50,274 bases of DNA from Candidatus Levybacteria bacterium RIFCSPLOWO2_01_FULL_38_21 (GTDB lineage: Bacteria > Patescibacteriota > Microgenomatia > Levybacterales > UBA12049), in the NCBI GenBank assembly GCA_001782475.1, contig MFOT01000007.1:1-50274 (forward strand), given 5' to 3'. This document shows positions 1-8,768 of the stretch, piece by piece. The number at the start of each line of letters is the position of its first letter. Positions within the stretch are counted from its first letter, which is position 1. A program made the translations under genes and the position numbers. The notes under the pieces are model-generated. The model was not told where the DNA came from. It worked only from the letters and a program-made list of their open reading frames with translations, and did not search any database.

Positions 1-1
1 G

Positions 2-226
2 GTTCTTTTTTCAGGAGATTTAGGATTTTCCAATACACTACATTTTACACTTGGCACACATTTTGGCATCTGTATTTTGCGGTTTCCAAATGAAATGTCG
101 GTTTCCGAAATAAATAAAATGTCAAAAGAGCTATTATTGAAAGTTGATCCCCAAGATTATCGTGGAAATTTGATTATTCTTTCTCCTGGAAAGTTGAGAC
201 TGCGAAGATACAAACAAACACATTAA
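2..226 (+). CDS. C-terminal part of DUF5615/PIN-like (VapC45-type) toxin, partial at window edge
   Basis: Manual translation VLFSGDLGFSNTLHFTLGTHFGICILRFPNE...NLIILSPGKLRLRRYKQTH*; D-x-x-F...H-x-G-I-x-x-L-R pattern recalled for DUF5615. Confidence 0.55.
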   Translation, partial: VLFSGDLGFSNTLHFTLGTHFGICILRFPNEMSVSEINKMSKELLLKVDPQDYRGNLIILSPGKLRLRRYKQTH

Positions 227-419
227 AATCAACCAGGATTGGGAGAAACTAGGATTTTAATTATTATAATCACCGCATCTTGAAAAATTTGCATAATATG
301 GGACCGGATTATTTTGTAGAGCAGATTATACTATGGGTACGATCTATTTAAAAGAGGCAATTGGATTGTCGACTTCAATTACTTTCTCAACCAAGCGATC
401 GGACAACCTCTCTAAATAG

Positions 420-608
420 TTATTTATCTGTTCTTCTTAAAAGAGAGGACTTCAGTGGAGTTTTTTGTTCTTTTAACAACTTCTCCCTTCGTTCTAAAAG
501 AGAGGGCTTTTCAGGAATTACCCCTAACGATTCTTCTGGAAAAGGTCTTCTAGGAAATCTACCTCGTTCCGATTCTGATGGTCGTCTTTCTTCTTTTAAT
601 TCTGCCAC
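420..608 (-). CDS. Small hypothetical protein or fragment (VAELKEERRPSES...)
   Basis: 3' part of track ORF 420..728; GTG at 608 preceded by GGGGGTGA; no recognised motif. Confidence 0.25.
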   Translation of the reverse strand: MAELKEERRPSESERGRFPRRPFPEESLGVIPEKPSLLERREKLLKEQKTPLKSSLLRRTDK

Positions 609-609
609 T

Positions 610-777
610 TCACTCACCCCCTGAATTAAATTCTTCCCAACTTCGATGACCTGTTCTATCAATCGATTTGCGTACCCCGCCACGTGTGATCGTAAATCCC
701 GCAAACGTCTTACTTGCCTCGTCAACAAGCTTAGGGAGTTTATTTCTGAGCTCAGTTGAAGGAAATGTCGTATTCAT
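610..777 (-). pseudogene. Phd/YefM-like antitoxin N-terminus, 55 codons, probably chimeric; not in ORF track
   Basis: MNTTFPSTELRNKLPKLVDEASKTFAGFTITRGG resembles the antitoxin at 5235 (SISDARANLPDIVAKVNKNMNRVTITVNG); own promoter upstream. Confidence 0.55.
633..677 (-). pseudogene. GAPDH C-terminal remnant
   Basis: Reads GYANRLIEQVIEVGK versus GYCNRLVEEVLMVGN at the end of the intact gap. Confidence 0.55.
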
Positions 778-786
778 AACAAAACA

Positions 787-815
787 ATTGTGCAGAATTC
801 TGACGTGGTTGTCAA
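787..815 (-). promoter_or_regulatory. Sigma70-like promoter
   Basis: TTGACA-N17-CACAAT upstream of ATG 777. Confidence 0.5.
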
Positions 816-828
816 GGAAGAAAAGATT

Positions 829-3012
829 TTATGGGGCAGGGGATGGGGAGGGAGTGGGGTGGGTGCAGGTTATGCAATATGTATCTCCTGTTGCGTCTTT
901 TAGTACAGTTTGATTTTTAAGTTCTGTATTCGGATCTCCTTCTTTTGCCTGTTCTTGGGTGTCTTTATTAACAAAGACATCTTGATTTTGAATTAGAGCA
1001 TTAGCTTTTAATCCAGACTCTGTGCCTCTTATGAAATACTCAAAGCGAGTTTTGCAAGCGTTATCTTTTCCGGGAACAGAACCAGTGTCTGAGCATACAG
1101 CTTTTTGAATTATACTCAAAGGTCTCTGAAACGGCTGGGCAGGCTTTCCCTTTAAAAGATTTTCCATGATATCATGCCAGATTGGAGCAGCTCCGGTAAT
1201 TCCAGAAACTAAACCGCTCATTGGAGTATTGTCATTATTACCAACCCAAACAACTACAACATAGGAGGGTGCATATCCAATCGTCCAGTTATCCCTAAAG
1301 TCATTTGTTGTTCCTGTTTTGACAGCAACAGGTAAATTGCCGATTCTAAGAGGAGAGTTAGTTCCGAATTCCATAGCCCTTGCCTGATTGTCCGAAAGAA
1401 TATCCGAGATGATAAAGGCGACTCCCTCGGGCAAGATTTTTTTGCCGAATATTGGGGAAGGGGGAGGTTTATATTCTTCTAAAACTTTTCCCTTGCTATC
1501 TGTTACTTTTAAGATTGGATGAAGGGGTATTTTATATCCTCCATTTGCAAAAACTCCAAAAGCAGTTGCCATATCAACCATAGTTACCTCTCCTCCTCCA
1601 AGAGTTAATGAAAGTCCATATCTACTCGGATCATTAAATGTTGTTATGCCCATTGCTGAAGCGGTTGCAATCATTTTAGGTACCCCATTAAGCTTAAGCA
1701 TTTTAACAGCAGGAATATTTATAGAGTTTGCCAAAGCTTGTCTTACTTGTAAAACTCCATGAAATTTGCCATCGTAATTAACCGGGCAGTAGGGTGGGTG
1801 TCCAGGGTTTGGGAAACAAACCCTCCGATCTATAAAAGGTGTTGCAGCAGTATAGCCATTCAAAAGACCCACGGCATAGTTTATTGGTTTTATGGAAGAA
1901 CCCGGCTGTCTTAGAGCAATTGTTACGTTTACGTTCCCGTCATTTGCCATGTCAAAATAATCATGGCTTCCAACCATTGCTAAGATTTCTCCTGTCGCGG
2001 GATTAGTAACCAGAGCAGCTCCATTTGTTACTCTAGAATACTTAAGATTTGCAATCTCGGCGGAGACCGAAGCTTGAGCCATGCCTTGAATAGATAAATC
2101 AAGACTTGTTGTTACTTTTAAGCCTCCTTGTTCTACAGCCTTTTCCCCATATTTTTTAATAAGAAGATCCTTTACGTACAAGACAAAATGAGGAGCTTTA
2201 ATTGCATTAGATAAATTTCTATAATGAAGTTGTTCTTCTAAAGTTTTATCTAACCCCTTTTTTGTTATGTATTTTTCCTGATACATTTTCCGAAGTACCT
2301 CTTCCTGTCTTTTTTTTGCAAGTTCAGGGTGAGACCCAAAAGGCGAGTAGGTTGTAGGAGCTTCTGGGAGTGCTGCCAGAAGTGCACTTTCAGAAAGCGT
2401 TAAATCTTTTGCATGTTTTCCAAAATAAGTCTGGGAAGCTGCTTCAACTCCCCAAGCAGTGCCGCCGTATGGTGTTTGATTAAGATACATTTCTAAAATC
2501 TGGCTTTTTGAATAAAGGGACTCGGTTGCAAATGCCAGAAGAATTTCCTTAACTTTTCTCAAGATTGTTCTTTCCGGAGTCAAAAGACTGTTTTTTACCA
2601 GCTGTTGGGTAATGGTTGATCCTCCTTGAATTTGGTGACGGAGAGTAATTGAAATTACAGAACGGGCGATACCTCTTACATCTATGGGACCGTGCTGGTA
2701 AAAATCCTTATCCTCAATTGCAATAGTTGCCTCCTGCATGTATTTTGGGATTGATGAAAGCGGAATAAAAGTTTGATTTTTTTGCGCGTATATTGTGAAC
2801 AAGAGATTGCCGTTTCTATCAAATATTTGAGTCGATTGAGGAACGTTTGTACTTGCAAGTCTTGTTGGAGAAGGAAGGTCACGCAAAATATAGATATAAA
2901 AAATAATAAATAAGATTAAAAGAGGAATTAGTAAAATTGCGTATCTTTTTCTAAGTATTTTTTTACTAAGCTTTTTAGAAAATATTTTAACCCTAGAGGT
3001 CGTATTTTGCAT
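829..3012 (-). CDS. Class A penicillin-binding protein (PBP1A family, transglycosylase-transpeptidase)
   Basis: N-terminal TM; EDKDFYQH, GGSTITQQL, RKVKE; SSIK (SxxK), SIN, KTGT motifs. Confidence 0.95.
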   Translation of the reverse strand: MQNTTSRVKIFSKKLSKKILRKRYAILLIPLLILFIIFYIYILRDLPSPTRLASTNVPQSTQIFDRNGNLLFTIYAQKNQTFIPLSSIPKYMQEATIAIEDKDFYQHGPIDVRGIARSVISITLRHQIQGGSTITQQLVKNSLLTPERTILRKVKEILLAFATESLYSKSQILEMYLNQTPYGGTAWGVEAASQTYFGKHAKDLTLSESALLAALPEAPTTYSPFGSHPELAKKRQEEVLRKMYQEKYITKKGLDKTLEEQLHYRNLSNAIKAPHFVLYVKDLLIKKYGEKAVEQGGLKVTTSLDLSIQGMAQASVSAEIANLKYSRVTNGAALVTNPATGEILAMVGSHDYFDMANDGNVNVTIALRQPGSSIKPINYAVGLLNGYTAATPFIDRRVCFPNPGHPPYCPVNYDGKFHGVLQVRQALANSINIPAVKMLKLNGVPKMIATASAMGITTFNDPSRYGLSLTLGGGEVTMVDMATAFGVFANGGYKIPLHPILKVTDSKGKVLEEYKPPPSPIFGKKILPEGVAFIISDILSDNQARAMEFGTNSPLRIGNLPVAVKTGTTNDFRDNWTIGYAPSYVVVVWVGNNDNTPMSGLVSGITGAAPIWHDIMENLLKGKPAQPFQRPLSIIQKAVCSDTGSVPGKDNACKTRFEYFIRGTESGLKANALIQNQDVFVNKDTQEQAKEGDPNTELKNQTVLKDATGDTYCITCTHPTPSPSPAP

Positions 3013-3060
3013 AGCATATATGATACCATTTAACTGAAGGTTAAGACAATCTAGAAAAAT

Positions 3061-4086
3061 ATGATGAGTTTTTTTGAAATTTTAAACAAAGTATCTTTTC
3101 CAGGATTGGGTCTTAATTGGCTCGATTTAATTATTATTATCGTACTGGCATTTTATGCGCTGGAAGGCTATTCTTTGGGTTTTATTGCGGCTCTTCTTGA
3201 TCTTATCGGATTTATCTTATCATTTACAATTGGACTAAAAACATACTCTTTTTTAGCAGAGCTTCTTGGGAAGATTTTTTCTATTCCTTCCGGATTTTCC
3301 AATGCTTTGGGATTTTTAATTGCTGCTTTTGCTGCTGAGATAATCATTGGACTAATCTTAAGAAAAATTGTTTATTCAAAATATTTCAGTAGGTTCACAA
3401 TTAAAGATAGTCTTTTAAAAAACATAGATCACCTAGCGGGCTTATTATTTGGTATTTTTTCAGGACTTATATTATTTTCCTTTCTTCTAACAATTATAAT
3501 TGCTCTTCCTGTTTCTGTTTTTCTAAAACACTCGGTTTCTTCTTCTAGGATTGGAAGTTTTCTTGTCTCAAAAACTGCCGGCTTTGAGAAAGATTTAAAC
3601 AATGTTTTTGGGGGAGCACTTAATGAAACCCTGAACTTTTTAACAGTTGAGCCAGAAGCAAATGAAGTTGTAGATCTTAATTTTAAAACTAGAAATTTTT
3701 CCCTTGATTCATCTTCGGAGCAAACAATGTTTGCCATAGTTAATAATGAAAGGATATCAAGAGGATTTAAGTCCTTGGCAGTAGATAATAAGTTAAGAGA
3801 GGTTGCAAGAAATCACTGCAAGGATATGTTTATCCGCGGTTATTTTTCTCATTACACGCCCGAAGGACTATCCCCATTTGATAGAATGGCACAGACTGAT
3901 ATTGGTTTTACTTATGCGGGAGAAAATTTGGCACTTGCGCCCAATGTGCTTTTGGCAATGCAGGGGTTTATGCAAAGTGAGGGACACAGAGCAAATATTC
4001 TATCTTCTAATTTTGGTAAAATTGGGGTTGGTGTAATCGATGGAGGAATTTACGGAGAAATGTACTGTCAGGAATTTACAGACTAA
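3061..4086 (+). CDS. CvpA-family membrane domain fused to CAP/SCP domain
   Basis: Hydrophobic N-half (NWLDLIII...); C-terminal YFSH, GENLA, SEGHRANIL, GVG motifs. Confidence 0.85.
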   Translation: MMSFFEILNKVSFPGLGLNWLDLIIIIVLAFYALEGYSLGFIAALLDLIGFILSFTIGLKTYSFLAELLGKIFSIPSGFSNALGFLIAAFAAEIIIGLILRKIVYSKYFSRFTIKDSLLKNIDHLAGLLFGIFSGLILFSFLLTIIIALPVSVFLKHSVSSSRIGSFLVSKTAGFEKDLNNVFGGALNETLNFLTVEPEANEVVDLNFKTRNFSLDSSSEQTMFAIVNNERISRGFKSLAVDNKLREVARNHCKDMFIRGYFSHYTPEGLSPFDRMAQTDIGFTYAGENLALAPNVLLAMQGFMQSEGHRANILSSNFGKIGVGVIDGGIYGEMYCQEFTD

Positions 4087-4090
4087 AGTA

Positions 4091-4122
4091 ATTGCTATAT
4101 TGTTTCATTGTTAAATTGTTAG
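4091..4122. repeat. Degenerate 8-mer tandem array x4
   Basis: attgctat attgtttc attgttaa attgttag; reverse complement of the array at 42510. Confidence 0.7.
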
Positions 4123-4125
4123 CAA

Positions 4126-5217
4126 ATGTATAAATTACCGGATTTGAAAACTGCTCAAGTAAAAGGTAAAAAAGTTTTCTTAAGAACAGATATAGACGTG
4201 CCCCTATCGGAGAATGGGCAGATTGCAGATGATACAAGATTAGGAGAAGGACTTGAAACTTTGAACTTTCTTCTTAAAAACGGCGCAACGGTTTTTATCG
4301 GTGGACATCTTGGTCGTCCGGATGGTCTCAAAAGAGATCTAAGTGTTAAGCCAGTGACGAAATGGTACGCGAAAAAATTCAGAATTCAGAATTCAGAATT
4401 CAGAGTTCAGAGCATTGGAGGGTTCGAAGGCTTTCAAATCTCAGATAAACTATTTCTTCTTGAGAATTTGAGGTTTGATCCGGGAGAAGAATCTAGTCCA
4501 ACGACCCGCTCAGGACAAGTTTTTGCTCAAAAGCTTGCAAGCCTCGCAGATATATATGTAAATGATGCTTTTGCCTCATCACATCGTGCGCATGCATCAA
4601 TCGTAGGAGTTGCGAAACTTTTACCCCATTTTGCCGGTTTTATGCTTAAAAAAGAGGTAGAAACTCTGTCGGCCCTTCTTAATAATCCAAAAAGACCGCT
4701 TGCTGTTATCATTGGTGGCGCAAAGATAGAAACCAAACTTCCCTTGGTTGAAAAGATGCATCAGATTGCAGATTATGTTTTAGTGGGAGGACTAATTGCA
4801 GAAGAGACAAAAGTGCTTTTAAAAGTCCAGCATGAAAAAGTAAATCCGCCAGCTGGCGGAAGAAAGTCAGCACTTCTTGTCGCAGATTTAAACAGCGAAG
4901 AAACAGATATAACCCCAAAAGATGCGGAAAATTTTTTACAGATAATAAATCTTGCAAAAACAATTGTTTGGAATGGGCCGGTTGGAAAAACCGAGGGAAA
5001 CGAAGAAAATTTGGAAATTGGCACTGCAAAACTTGCCCGCGGAATTATTGACGCCGGAGTTTATTCGGTTGTTGGAGGAGGGGATACAATTGCGTATCTT
5101 AAAAAAATAGGACTTTTAGATAAATTTTCCTTTGTATCATCAGGAGGAGGCGCAATGCTCGAATTCCTTTCAGGCGAAAAATTACCAGGGATAGAGGCCT
5201 TGACAAGTTGTACGTAA
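4126..5217 (+). CDS. pgk: Phosphoglycerate kinase
   Basis: HLGRP, LLENLRF, YVNDAF, HRAHAS, GGAK, WNGP, GGGDT, SGGGAMLEFLSG. Confidence 0.97.
   Translation: MYKLPDLKTAQVKGKKVFLRTDIDVPLSENGQIADDTRLGEGLETLNFLLKNGATVFIGGHLGRPDGLKRDLSVKPVTKWYAKKFRIQNSEFRVQSIGGFEGFQISDKLFLLENLRFDPGEESSPTTRSGQVFAQKLASLADIYVNDAFASSHRAHASIVGVAKLLPHFAGFMLKKEVETLSALLNNPKRPLAVIIGGAKIETKLPLVEKMHQIADYVLVGGLIAEETKVLLKVQHEKVNPPAGGRKSALLVADLNSEETDITPKDAENFLQIINLAKTIVWNGPVGKTEGNEENLEIGTAKLARGIIDAGVYSVVGGGDTIAYLKKIGLLDKFSFVSSGGGAMLEFLSGEKLPGIEALTSCT
4376..4410 (+). repeat. In-frame heptamer array (AATTCAG)x4+1 in pgk
   Basis: Encodes FRIQNSEFRVQ. Confidence 0.9.
4496..4519 (+). repeat. Family A palindromic element (degenerate) in pgk
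   Basis: gtccaacgacccgctcaggacaag, peptide SPTTRSGQ. Confidence 0.75.
4845..4860. repeat. 16-bp perfect palindrome in pgk
   Basis: tccgccagctggcgga, peptide NPPAGG. Confidence 0.75.
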
Positions 5218-5228
5218 TGTTGTACATT
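5200..5228 (+). promoter_or_regulatory. Promoter/operator of TA operon, overlapping pgk stop
   Basis: TTGACA-N17-TACATT; two TTGTAC sites resembling YefM/Phd-type operators; ATG 6 nt after -10. Confidence 0.7.
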
Positions 5229-5234
5229 TTAAAT

Positions 5235-5489
5235 ATGACAGATTTAATTTCTATATCAGATGCGCGGGCAAATTTGCCAGATATTGTGGCAAAAGTAAAT
5301 AAGAATATGAACAGAGTCACAATTACCGTGAACGGAAAGCCTAAAGCAACCCTCATAAGCGCTGAGGAGCTTGAGTCTCTAGAAGAGACTGCCGAAATTT
5401 TAGCAACACCTGGAGCAAAAGAAAGTATTTTAGAAGGTCTTAAAGAGGCAAAAAAAGGACAAGGTATTCCGCTTTCAGGGCTTAAATAA
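5235..5489 (+). CDS. Phd/YefM family antitoxin
   Basis: ISISDARANLPDIV...TITVNGKPKATLISAEELESLEETAEIL. Confidence 0.9.
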   Translation: MTDLISISDARANLPDIVAKVNKNMNRVTITVNGKPKATLISAEELESLEETAEILATPGAKESILEGLKEAKKGQGIPLSGLK

Positions 5490-5492
5490 AGC

Positions 5493-5741
5493 ATGCAGAT
5501 TATTGTTACTCCAAAAGCCGCGAAGGATTATAAACTTCTTCCGAAAACAGAACAAACAAAAATTAAGAGAAAATTAGAAATACTTGAGGAAAATCCGTAT
5601 ATAGGCAAAAAACTTTCCGCTGAGTTTTCAGAGTTAAGAGTTCTTAGGGCATGGCCATATAGAATTATTTATTATATAGACAATAAAAGAGGAAAAATAT
5701 TTATAGTAAATATTCATCATAGGCAAGGAGCTTATAAATAA
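5493..5741 (+). CDS. RelE/ParE family toxin
   Basis: 82 aa basic protein, NPYIGKKL...RVLRAWPYRIIY...HRQGAYK; follows antitoxin. Confidence 0.9.
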   Translation: MQIIVTPKAAKDYKLLPKTEQTKIKRKLEILEENPYIGKKLSAEFSELRVLRAWPYRIIYYIDNKRGKIFIVNIHHRQGAYK

Positions 5742-5744
5742 CGA

Positions 5745-5793
5745 GAGTTTAAGCAGAGAAAAACTCCCCGGCCTCCAAGCCCTCCTTAAATAA
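5745..5793 (+). pseudogene. Displaced pgk 3'-end remnant
   Basis: EF/LSREKLPGLQALLK* versus EFLSGEKLPGIEALTSCT* in intact pgk. Confidence 0.75.
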
Positions 5794-5794
5794 A

Positions 5795-7462
5795 TTACCA
5801 ACTCGTCCGAATATGTTTCATTGCGTAATCTAAATCTCCTGCGACTTTTTTACGGGGGTTGAAGATATTTTGAGGGTCGAAGATTTTTTTGGTTTCTTCA
5901 AAAAGTTCCACTATTTTTTCTCCGTACATTTGTTTAAGATACGGAGTTCTTATAAGTCCGTCATTATGCTCTCCGGTTATTGAGCCGTGATATTTAGCGA
6001 TAATCTCATAAACCTGGTCTGAAATTTGGGGAATTGCAGTTCTGACACTTGGGTTATTTATATCAACGAGCGGAATAATATGAAAATTCCCGTCACCCAC
6101 GTGTCCTGCAACTGTAAAAATAAACTCCGGATGCTTTTTAAGAATATCTGTTACTTTTGGTACTACTTCTGCAATATATTCAGGCTTTATAACAAAATCG
6201 TCAATAAAAGGAGCCGTATGTTTGTCACGGATTTTTTTGCGAAGCAGGTTAAAACTTTCGCGTCTTACAAGCCAGTATCTTTTTTCCTGATTTTCCAAAG
6301 CAGTTTGTGTTTGGGGATGAAGAGGTTTGAGTTTCTCTCGGAGTGTAGCCACTTTCTTCTTAACAATTTCTAAATCATCACTTGTGAAATCAACTTGGAG
6401 TACTAGCTTAGGCAAACTTCTGCCAGTAAACAGATCAAAGAATGCCGGAAGAAACGCAATTCCTGCCTCAATTGATCCCAAAAACCCAAGTTGTTTGGCA
6501 AATTCCGGAAAATATCTTAGGGCAAGTTTTAGGGTGTTATCATCATAAGATTCAAAACTTTCTGGCTCAAGCGGCAAAACCTCCTTGATAATTTCTCCAA
6601 GATGGGATATGTCATGAAGAAAAATAATTAACATATCGCGGTGCTGATGAATGGGTACGAGTTCCAGATCACCTTCGAGAAAGATTCCAAGAGTTCCTTG
6701 AGCGCCAACAAAAAGTTTTGTTAGGTCAAAAACCTGCCTGCCGGCAGGCAGGTTTTTTTCCCAAACATTCCAGAGAAAATATCCTGCGGAATTTTTGCTA
6801 ACTTTAGGCTTTGCCTTCTGTAGTAAATCGTAGTTATGGGTTATGAGTTCGTAGATTTTGCGGTAAATTTCCCCTTCGAAATCGATCTGCGCCATTTTTT
6901 GTTTAAGTTCTTTCTCTGAAAGCGGTTTTAATTCATATATATTTCCGTCTGAAAGAACTACTTTCATTCGTCTTACATAGTTTTCGGTTTTACCATATTG
7001 AAGAGATTTCTCTCCCCCCGTATTATTATTAAATATTCCTCCCATTGCGCAGAGCTCTCGAGATGCAGGGTAGGAGGGGAAAATTAAATTAGTTTTAAGA
7101 GTTTCTTTTTCAAAATCACGATAAAAAACACCCGGTTGGGTTGTAGCGATATTCCCGTTTACAACCGGCGTGTGATTAAAATATTTTCCAAATGCAACGA
7201 TAATAGACTCATTGATTGAGCCACCTCCCATGTCGGTTCCCGCCGCGCGGGCAGTAAGGGATAGGGTAGGTTTGTTCTTTTTATTATCATTAACAAATTT
7301 GACCAGCGCTTTTACATCTTCATCATCTTTTGGAAAGACAACAACTTGCGGTTTTACTTCAAAAAGAGAGGCATCATGGCTGTAGTCGGAAAGAGTCTTG
7401 TCGTCGTATAAAATATCGCCCTTTATCAAATGTCTGAGTTCTTCGATTAGTTTATCATCCAT
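5795..7462 (-). CDS. FAD-binding oxidoreductase (GlcD/D-lactate dehydrogenase-like)
   Basis: YSHDASLF, AAGTDMGG, GAQGTLG, GHVGDGNFH, GEHNDG, FDPQNIFNP. Confidence 0.9.
   Translation of the reverse strand: MDDKLIEELRHLIKGDILYDDKTLSDYSHDASLFEVKPQVVVFPKDDEDVKALVKFVNDNKKNKPTLSLTARAAGTDMGGGSINESIIVAFGKYFNHTPVVNGNIATTQPGVFYRDFEKETLKTNLIFPSYPASRELCAMGGIFNNNTGGEKSLQYGKTENYVRRMKVVLSDGNIYELKPLSEKELKQKMAQIDFEGEIYRKIYELITHNYDLLQKAKPKVSKNSAGYFLWNVWEKNLPAGRQVFDLTKLFVGAQGTLGIFLEGDLELVPIHQHRDMLIIFLHDISHLGEIIKEVLPLEPESFESYDDNTLKLALRYFPEFAKQLGFLGSIEAGIAFLPAFFDLFTGRSLPKLVLQVDFTSDDLEIVKKKVATLREKLKPLHPQTQTALENQEKRYWLVRRESFNLLRKKIRDKHTAPFIDDFVIKPEYIAEVVPKVTDILKKHPEFIFTVAGHVGDGNFHIIPLVDINNPSVRTAIPQISDQVYEIIAKYHGSITGEHNDGLIRTPYLKQMYGEKIVELFEETKKIFDPQNIFNPRKKVAGDLDYAMKHIRTSW
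6728..6757. repeat. Family B 30-bp perfect palindrome, in frame
   Basis: aaaaacctgcctgccggcaggcaggttttt, peptide KNLPAGRQVF. Confidence 0.9.
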
Positions 7463-7463
7463 T

Positions 7464-7530
7464 AGAATTAAGATTTAAGAAGTAAGAATTAAGAATATTC
7501 ATAAATCATAATTCGTAATTCCTAATTCAT
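7464..7530. repeat. Two inverted degenerate heptamer arrays filling the intergenic gap
   Basis: (agaatta)-like x5 followed by (attcata)-like x5. Confidence 0.8.
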
Positions 7531-8531
7531 TTTCGTGCTATTACTTTTCTCACAGCTTCTACTATTGCCGGAGCGTCCATCTTGTATTTTTCCATAAGCT
7601 CCTTGGGAGTTCCTGATTCTGCAAAAGTATTTTGAAGACCGATAAATTCCATGGGAGTTGGTTTATTTTTTGCCAAAACTTCTGCAATTGCACCTCCTAA
7701 GCCTCCCATGACCTGATGATCTTCAGCAGTCACGACTGCGCCGGTTTTTTCGGCAAGTTCAACAACGGTTTTTTCATCAAGCGGTTTTATGGTCGCAACA
7801 TTTGCGACTAACACTTCGATTCCCTCAGTGTCAAGCTCTTTGGCTGCCAAAAGCGCATTATAAAGAATATATCCTGTTGCAAAAATTACTGCCTGATATC
7901 CTGAGCCAGTCGAGGGATCAGATTCCCAGAAAGTTTGAATTTTTCCAACATCAAACGGAGTTTCGCTTGTTGTAATAACAGGAGTTTTGTCTCTCGTGAA
8001 TCTTAGATAAACTGGTCCATCAATTTCTGCCGCTTTTATAGTTGCTTTTTTTGCTTCAATAGCATCACAAGCCACAAAAATTGTAATTCCCGGCCAAGCT
8101 CTGACTGAAGCGATATCTTCTGTTGCTTGATGAGTCGCACCGTCTGGGCCTGTCACGATTCCCGAGTGATGGCCTGCGATTTTTACATTAGACTGGTTAT
8201 ATACAATAGTAGTTCTTATTGTCTCCCAGTTTTTTCCTGGAGAAAAAGTTGCGTAGGATGAAATGAACGGAATTTTCCCGCTTATTCCAAGACCCGCTGC
8301 AATTGCGGCCATATTTTGCTCGGCAACTCCGCATTCAAAAAAACGCTCTGGAAATTTTTTCTCAAATGCTTCTGTTTGCGTTGATTCAGAAAGATCAGCT
8401 GTTAACACAACCACATTCGGATTTTTTTCTCCCAATTCAACCAAACCCTCGCCATAGCCGGTTCTTGTTGCTTTCTGCTCAACGTTATTGTCAAAAATCT
8501 TCGGATTTAATTTTAAATTCGGATTTAACAT
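7527..8531 (-). CDS. Transketolase C-terminal subunit (start moved to ATG 8531)
   Basis: ADLSEST, GVAEQNM, GPDGATHQ, PVYLR, EDHQVMGGLG. Confidence 0.93.
   Translation of the reverse strand: MLNPNLKLNPKIFDNNVEQKATRTGYGEGLVELGEKNPNVVVLTADLSESTQTEAFEKKFPERFFECGVAEQNMAAIAAGLGISGKIPFISSYATFSPGKNWETIRTTIVYNQSNVKIAGHHSGIVTGPDGATHQATEDIASVRAWPGITIFVACDAIEAKKATIKAAEIDGPVYLRFTRDKTPVITTSETPFDVGKIQTFWESDPSTGSGYQAVIFATGYILYNALLAAKELDTEGIEVLVANVATIKPLDEKTVVELAEKTGAVVTAEDHQVMGGLGGAIAEVLAKNKPTPMEFIGLQNTFAESGTPKELMEKYKMDAPAIVEAVRKVIARK
7898..7918 (-). repeat. Family A palindromic element in transketolase C
   Basis: Minus strand atccctcgactggctcaggat, peptide DPSTGSG. Confidence 0.85.
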
Positions 8532-8542
8532 ACTTTTTTTCT

Positions 8543-8713
8543 GTACTTTTCTGCCGAGAAAAGTACCAAAAGCTCTCGCCAAGTGGTGCTCGTGCTTTCC
8601 AATTTCACCCGCTTGTCGGGTGATTTCACCCCTTCCTCAACCGCGTCTGACGCGGTGAGGAATCCCCCTGATCGCGCTCGTTCAATTGTCAGGCACTGCG
8701 CTCCAATTGGCGA
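8543..8713. other. GC-rich multi-hairpin intergenic element (MITE/REP-like or ncRNA)
   Basis: gtacttttct/agaaaagtac, tcgccaa/ttggcga, tcacccg/cgggtga, ttcctc-accgcgtc/gacgcggt-gaggaa. Confidence 0.6.
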
Positions 8714-8732
8714 TTCTTAAATTTCGATTTAT

Positions 8733-8767
8733 ATATTTTATCTTTTATATTTAATTTTTTTATTTAA
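8733..8767 (-). repeat. Degenerate AT-rich heptamer array after tkt N stop
   Basis: atatttt atctttt atattta atttttt; reverse complement resembles 44421 array. Confidence 0.45.
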
Positions 8768-8768
8768 G

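Noticed and set aside
235-246. 12-mer aggattgggaga also at about 11495-11506
   Set aside because: Single short match with no flanking similarity; could be chance.
830-866. G-rich tract at PBP1A 3' end
   Set aside because: Explained by the Pro-rich tail PTPSPSPAP.
8501-8528. Direct repeat tcggatttaa at tkt-C start
   Set aside because: Two copies 18 nt apart reflecting peptide LNP..KLNP; not a 7-nt array.
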